Below, piece by piece: positions 8,613 through 10,685 of a DNA stretch of 10,685 nt (position 1 is the stretch's first letter; each line of letters begins with the position of its first letter). The notes beneath the pieces were generated by a model that was given only the letters and a program-made list of their open reading frames with translations, ran no database searches and was not told the origin of the DNA. The DNA lies in contig JBHGNT010001245.1 in NCBI GenBank assembly GCA_043228905.1, positions 1 to 10,685 on the forward strand. The letters run 5' to 3'. Both the position numbers and the translations under genes were made by a program. The DNA comes from Azolla caroliniana (lineage: Eukaryota > Plantae > Polypodiophyta).

Positions 8613-8625
8613 TGGTATAAGAGCC
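8613..8625 (+). other. Primer binding site, tRNA-iMet type
   Basis: TGGTATAAGAGCC matches the plant initiator-Met PBS TGGTATCAGAGCC at 12 of 13 positions, immediately after the LTR terminal CA. Confidence 0.88.
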
Positions 8626-10377
8626 GCTATGGAAGAAGAAATGCGGGCACTGGATGCCAACGGAACTTGGGACCTGGTTGACCCTCCCTGTCACTGTAAA
8701 CCGATCGGATGCAAGTGGGTGTACAAGGTAAAGTACAATGCCGACGGTACAGTTAACCGGTACAAGGCCCGGTTAGTGGCGAAGGGATATGCGCAGACCC
8801 ACGGAATCGACTACGACGAGACCTTCGCTCCTGTAGCGAAGATGACGACAGTTCATGTGGTACTAGCGGTTGCTGCGGCAAGGGGGTGGCATCTTCATCA
8901 GATGGATGTGAAGAATGCCTTCCTTCAAGGAGATCTTGAAGAAGAAGTCTTTATGACTCAGCCCCCCGGATTTCAATCGGAGGTGAACAAGTCGGTGGTT
9001 TGCCGGTTGAGGAAGTCGTTGTACGGCTTGAAGCAAGCCCCCCGTGCTTGGAATGCTAAGATCACGCACCAGTTGTGAAAGATGGGGTTTGTTGCCTCTA
9101 AGTCGGACTCTTCCCTGTTCATCCGTCAAGGCTCAAACGGTCCGGTGTGTATCTTACTCTATGTTGATGATTTAGTCATCAACGGCACAGGTCTTCCGGA
9201 AATCAACCGCGTCAAGTCCCAGTTGTTGGACGCATTCGATATGAAGGACTTGGGGGACCTTCATTATTTTTTGGGGATCGAGGTGCTCCGCACCCCCGAC
9301 AACATATTGCTTTCTCAACGCCATTATGTGTTGAATATGTTGTACAAGTTCGGCATGACGGAATGCCGACCTGTCTGCACACCCCTAGACTGGAATCAGA
9401 AGATCCGTCCCAACTCCGGACCAACTTGCGATGAGAAATGGTTCCGACAAATAGTCGGAAGCCTGATCTACTTGACCATCACCCGACCCGACATTAGCTA
9501 TCCGGTCGGAGTGGTAAGCCAATTCATGCAGAAGCCGACCGTGGGGCACCTTCAGTGCGCGCAACGAATATTGAGGTATGTAAGCGGCACTAAGGACCAG
9601 GGGCTCTTATACCGGCAAGGTATAACCGAAGAGCTTGTCGGCTACACAGATGCCGACTGGGCTGGCGACGCAACGGATCGTCGCTCAACCTCCGGCTTTA
9701 TGTTTTCTCTTGGGAGCGCAGTTGTTGCATGGAGCAACAAAAAGCAGCCAACAGTGGCTCTATCCAACACTGAGGCTGAATACCGGGGCGCGACCGTTGC
9801 CACCTACGAAGCCATTTGGCTTCGGCGACTACTGCAAGACCTGCGGATCGAGGTACCGGCCCCGATCTTGATCTACTGCGATAACCTCAATAGCATGCAG
9901 CTGGCCAAGAACCTTGTGTTCCATGCTCGCACAAAGCACATAGAAGTGCATTATCACTTCGTGCGTGAGCGGGTTCTGAGCGGTGAAGTTGAACTACGGT
10001 ATGTTCACACGGGTCGGCAAGTTGCCAACATCTTCACCAAGCCGCTCGGGTCGGACAAGTTGCAGCACTTTACCGAAATGCTTGGTGTTCAGCATCTCGA
10101 CGTGCCGCACTTGAGGGGGAGACGCAAGGGCAAAGACACTACCGAAACGGGCAAAGGCAAAACTGTTGAACCCGTAGGTAAGAGAAGAACCGGTAGAGGT
10201 GGAGACAAGAAGAAAAATGAAGCCGAGTCGACGAAGGAAGTTGGCACATCCGAACAAGTCGGTGAACCGGCTGAAGAAGCCAACGGAAGCACGGAGAAGG
10301 CCAAGACCCGGACGTGGTTCGATGTGGTGAGAGGCCTGAAGCGCATAGTAGATACAGAGCACAGAGTATTCATATAA
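8620..10377 (+). pseudogene. pol: Copia pol fragment: reverse transcriptase + RNase H + charged C-terminal tail, with one in-frame stop
   Basis: The ORFs at 8476..9078 and 9082..10377 are the same frame split by TGA at 9076-9078. Real pol homology starts at [11 protein letters not shown] (8620). Motifs: [35 protein letters not shown] (9160-9171), GYTDADWAG, TEAEY, YCDN, KHIEVHYHFVRE, and ANIFTK (D to N in the usual ADxFTK). The last 10 codons come from the 3' LTR. Confidence 0.92.
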
Positions 10378-10499
10378 TTTTGAAAATTAGTGTGTCTTGC
10401 TCTCTCTCTCTCTCTCTCTCCTGCGTACTCTCTCTCTCTCTCTCTCTCTCTCTCCTTGTGTATTGTTCTTTCTAACGCTTCCGCAAGCAATCTTTCACA
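10348..10499 (+). repeat. 5'-truncated 3' LTR of copia element 2 (approximately R-U5 only, 152 bp)
   Basis: Matches 8483-8612 except for one substitution (CCACAAG versus CCGCAAG) and longer microsatellites, (CT)10 and (CT)13. There is no copy of 8196-8482 and no adjacent PPT. Confidence 0.9.
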
Positions 10500-10504
10500 T
10501 GTAT
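10500..10504 (+). repeat. Target site duplication TGTAT (right copy)
   Basis: Immediately follows TTTCACA and is identical to 8191-8195. Confidence 0.85.
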
Positions 10505-10685
10505 AATACACATTTTGTAACAATTATGTTCCATTCTTTGTAGACTACGATTTCCATCTTCTCTTCAACATTCATCCTTGCTATATCTATGAACCCCTCA
10601 ATAGAGGAATGTGCATGTATCCTTTAGAACACACATTGTGACCTCTCCCTTGAACTCCCCCTTGTGGCATTCGCCCACAAGGATT

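Larger units (their letters stand above)
8196..10499 (+). mobile_element. Internally deleted, non-autonomous Ty1/copia LTR retrotransposon (2304 bp): 5'LTR - PBS - RT/RNase H - truncated 3'LTR
   Basis: TG start at 8196, CA end at 10499, identical 5-bp flanks TGTAT (8191-8195 and 10500-10504). Direct repeat 8483-8612 versus 10348-10499, tRNA-iMet PBS and copia RT/RH coding sequence. Confidence 0.93.

Noticed and set aside
8476-8619. N-terminal 48 codons of the 200-aa ORF (MRCRYRAQ...[12 protein letters not shown]...)
   Set aside because: This is LTR R/U5 and PBS sequence, including CT microsatellites, that happens to be in frame with RT. It is not gag or a signal peptide.
9076-9078. In-frame TGA as programmed readthrough
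   Set aside because: It lies in the middle of the RT domain, where copia elements have no recoding site. A CGA to TGA transition is the simpler explanation.
9994-10523. Antisense ORFs 9994..10362 and 10089..10523 (ERERER repeats)
   Set aside because: Shadow frames of the purine-rich pol tail and the (CT)n tracts; they cross element junctions and show no recognisable domain.
10505-10685. Possible decayed transposase-like coding sequence on the minus strand
   Set aside because: Short, interrupted by stops, and without a motif I can identify with confidence.

Overview
Eukaryotic (land plant) nuclear DNA: one spliced host gene surrounded by retrotransposon sequence. From left to right: (1) the 3' part of a young Ty1/copia LTR retrotransposon (Tork/Tnt1-like), with an uninterrupted integrase tail-RT-RNase H frame at 2..2116, a polypurine tract and a 251-bp 3' LTR (2310..2560). 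(2) The decayed 3' end of an L1-type LINE ORF2 (zf-RVT, 2561..3206), into which that element appears to have inserted. (3) A second, heavily decayed RTE-like LINE reverse transcriptase fragment (about 3238..3855). (4) A three-exon minus-strand host gene resembling CCG-binding protein 1 / MEE14, join(6305..6050, 5892..5819, 5125..4760), about 231 aa, with a GC-AG second intron and an ABRE plus evening element pair upstream. (5) A 2.3-kb TSD-bounded copia element (8196..10499, TSD TGTAT) with an unusual build. A full 5' LTR and PBS are fused directly to the start of RT (no gag, protease or integrase). The pol tail is fused directly to a 3' LTR lacking the PPT and all of U3. Both junctions fall close to where the two strong-stop DNAs of reverse transcription end, which suggests the element was assembled by two aberrant strand transfers before integration. 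All family assignments come from motif recognition by eye, not database searches.
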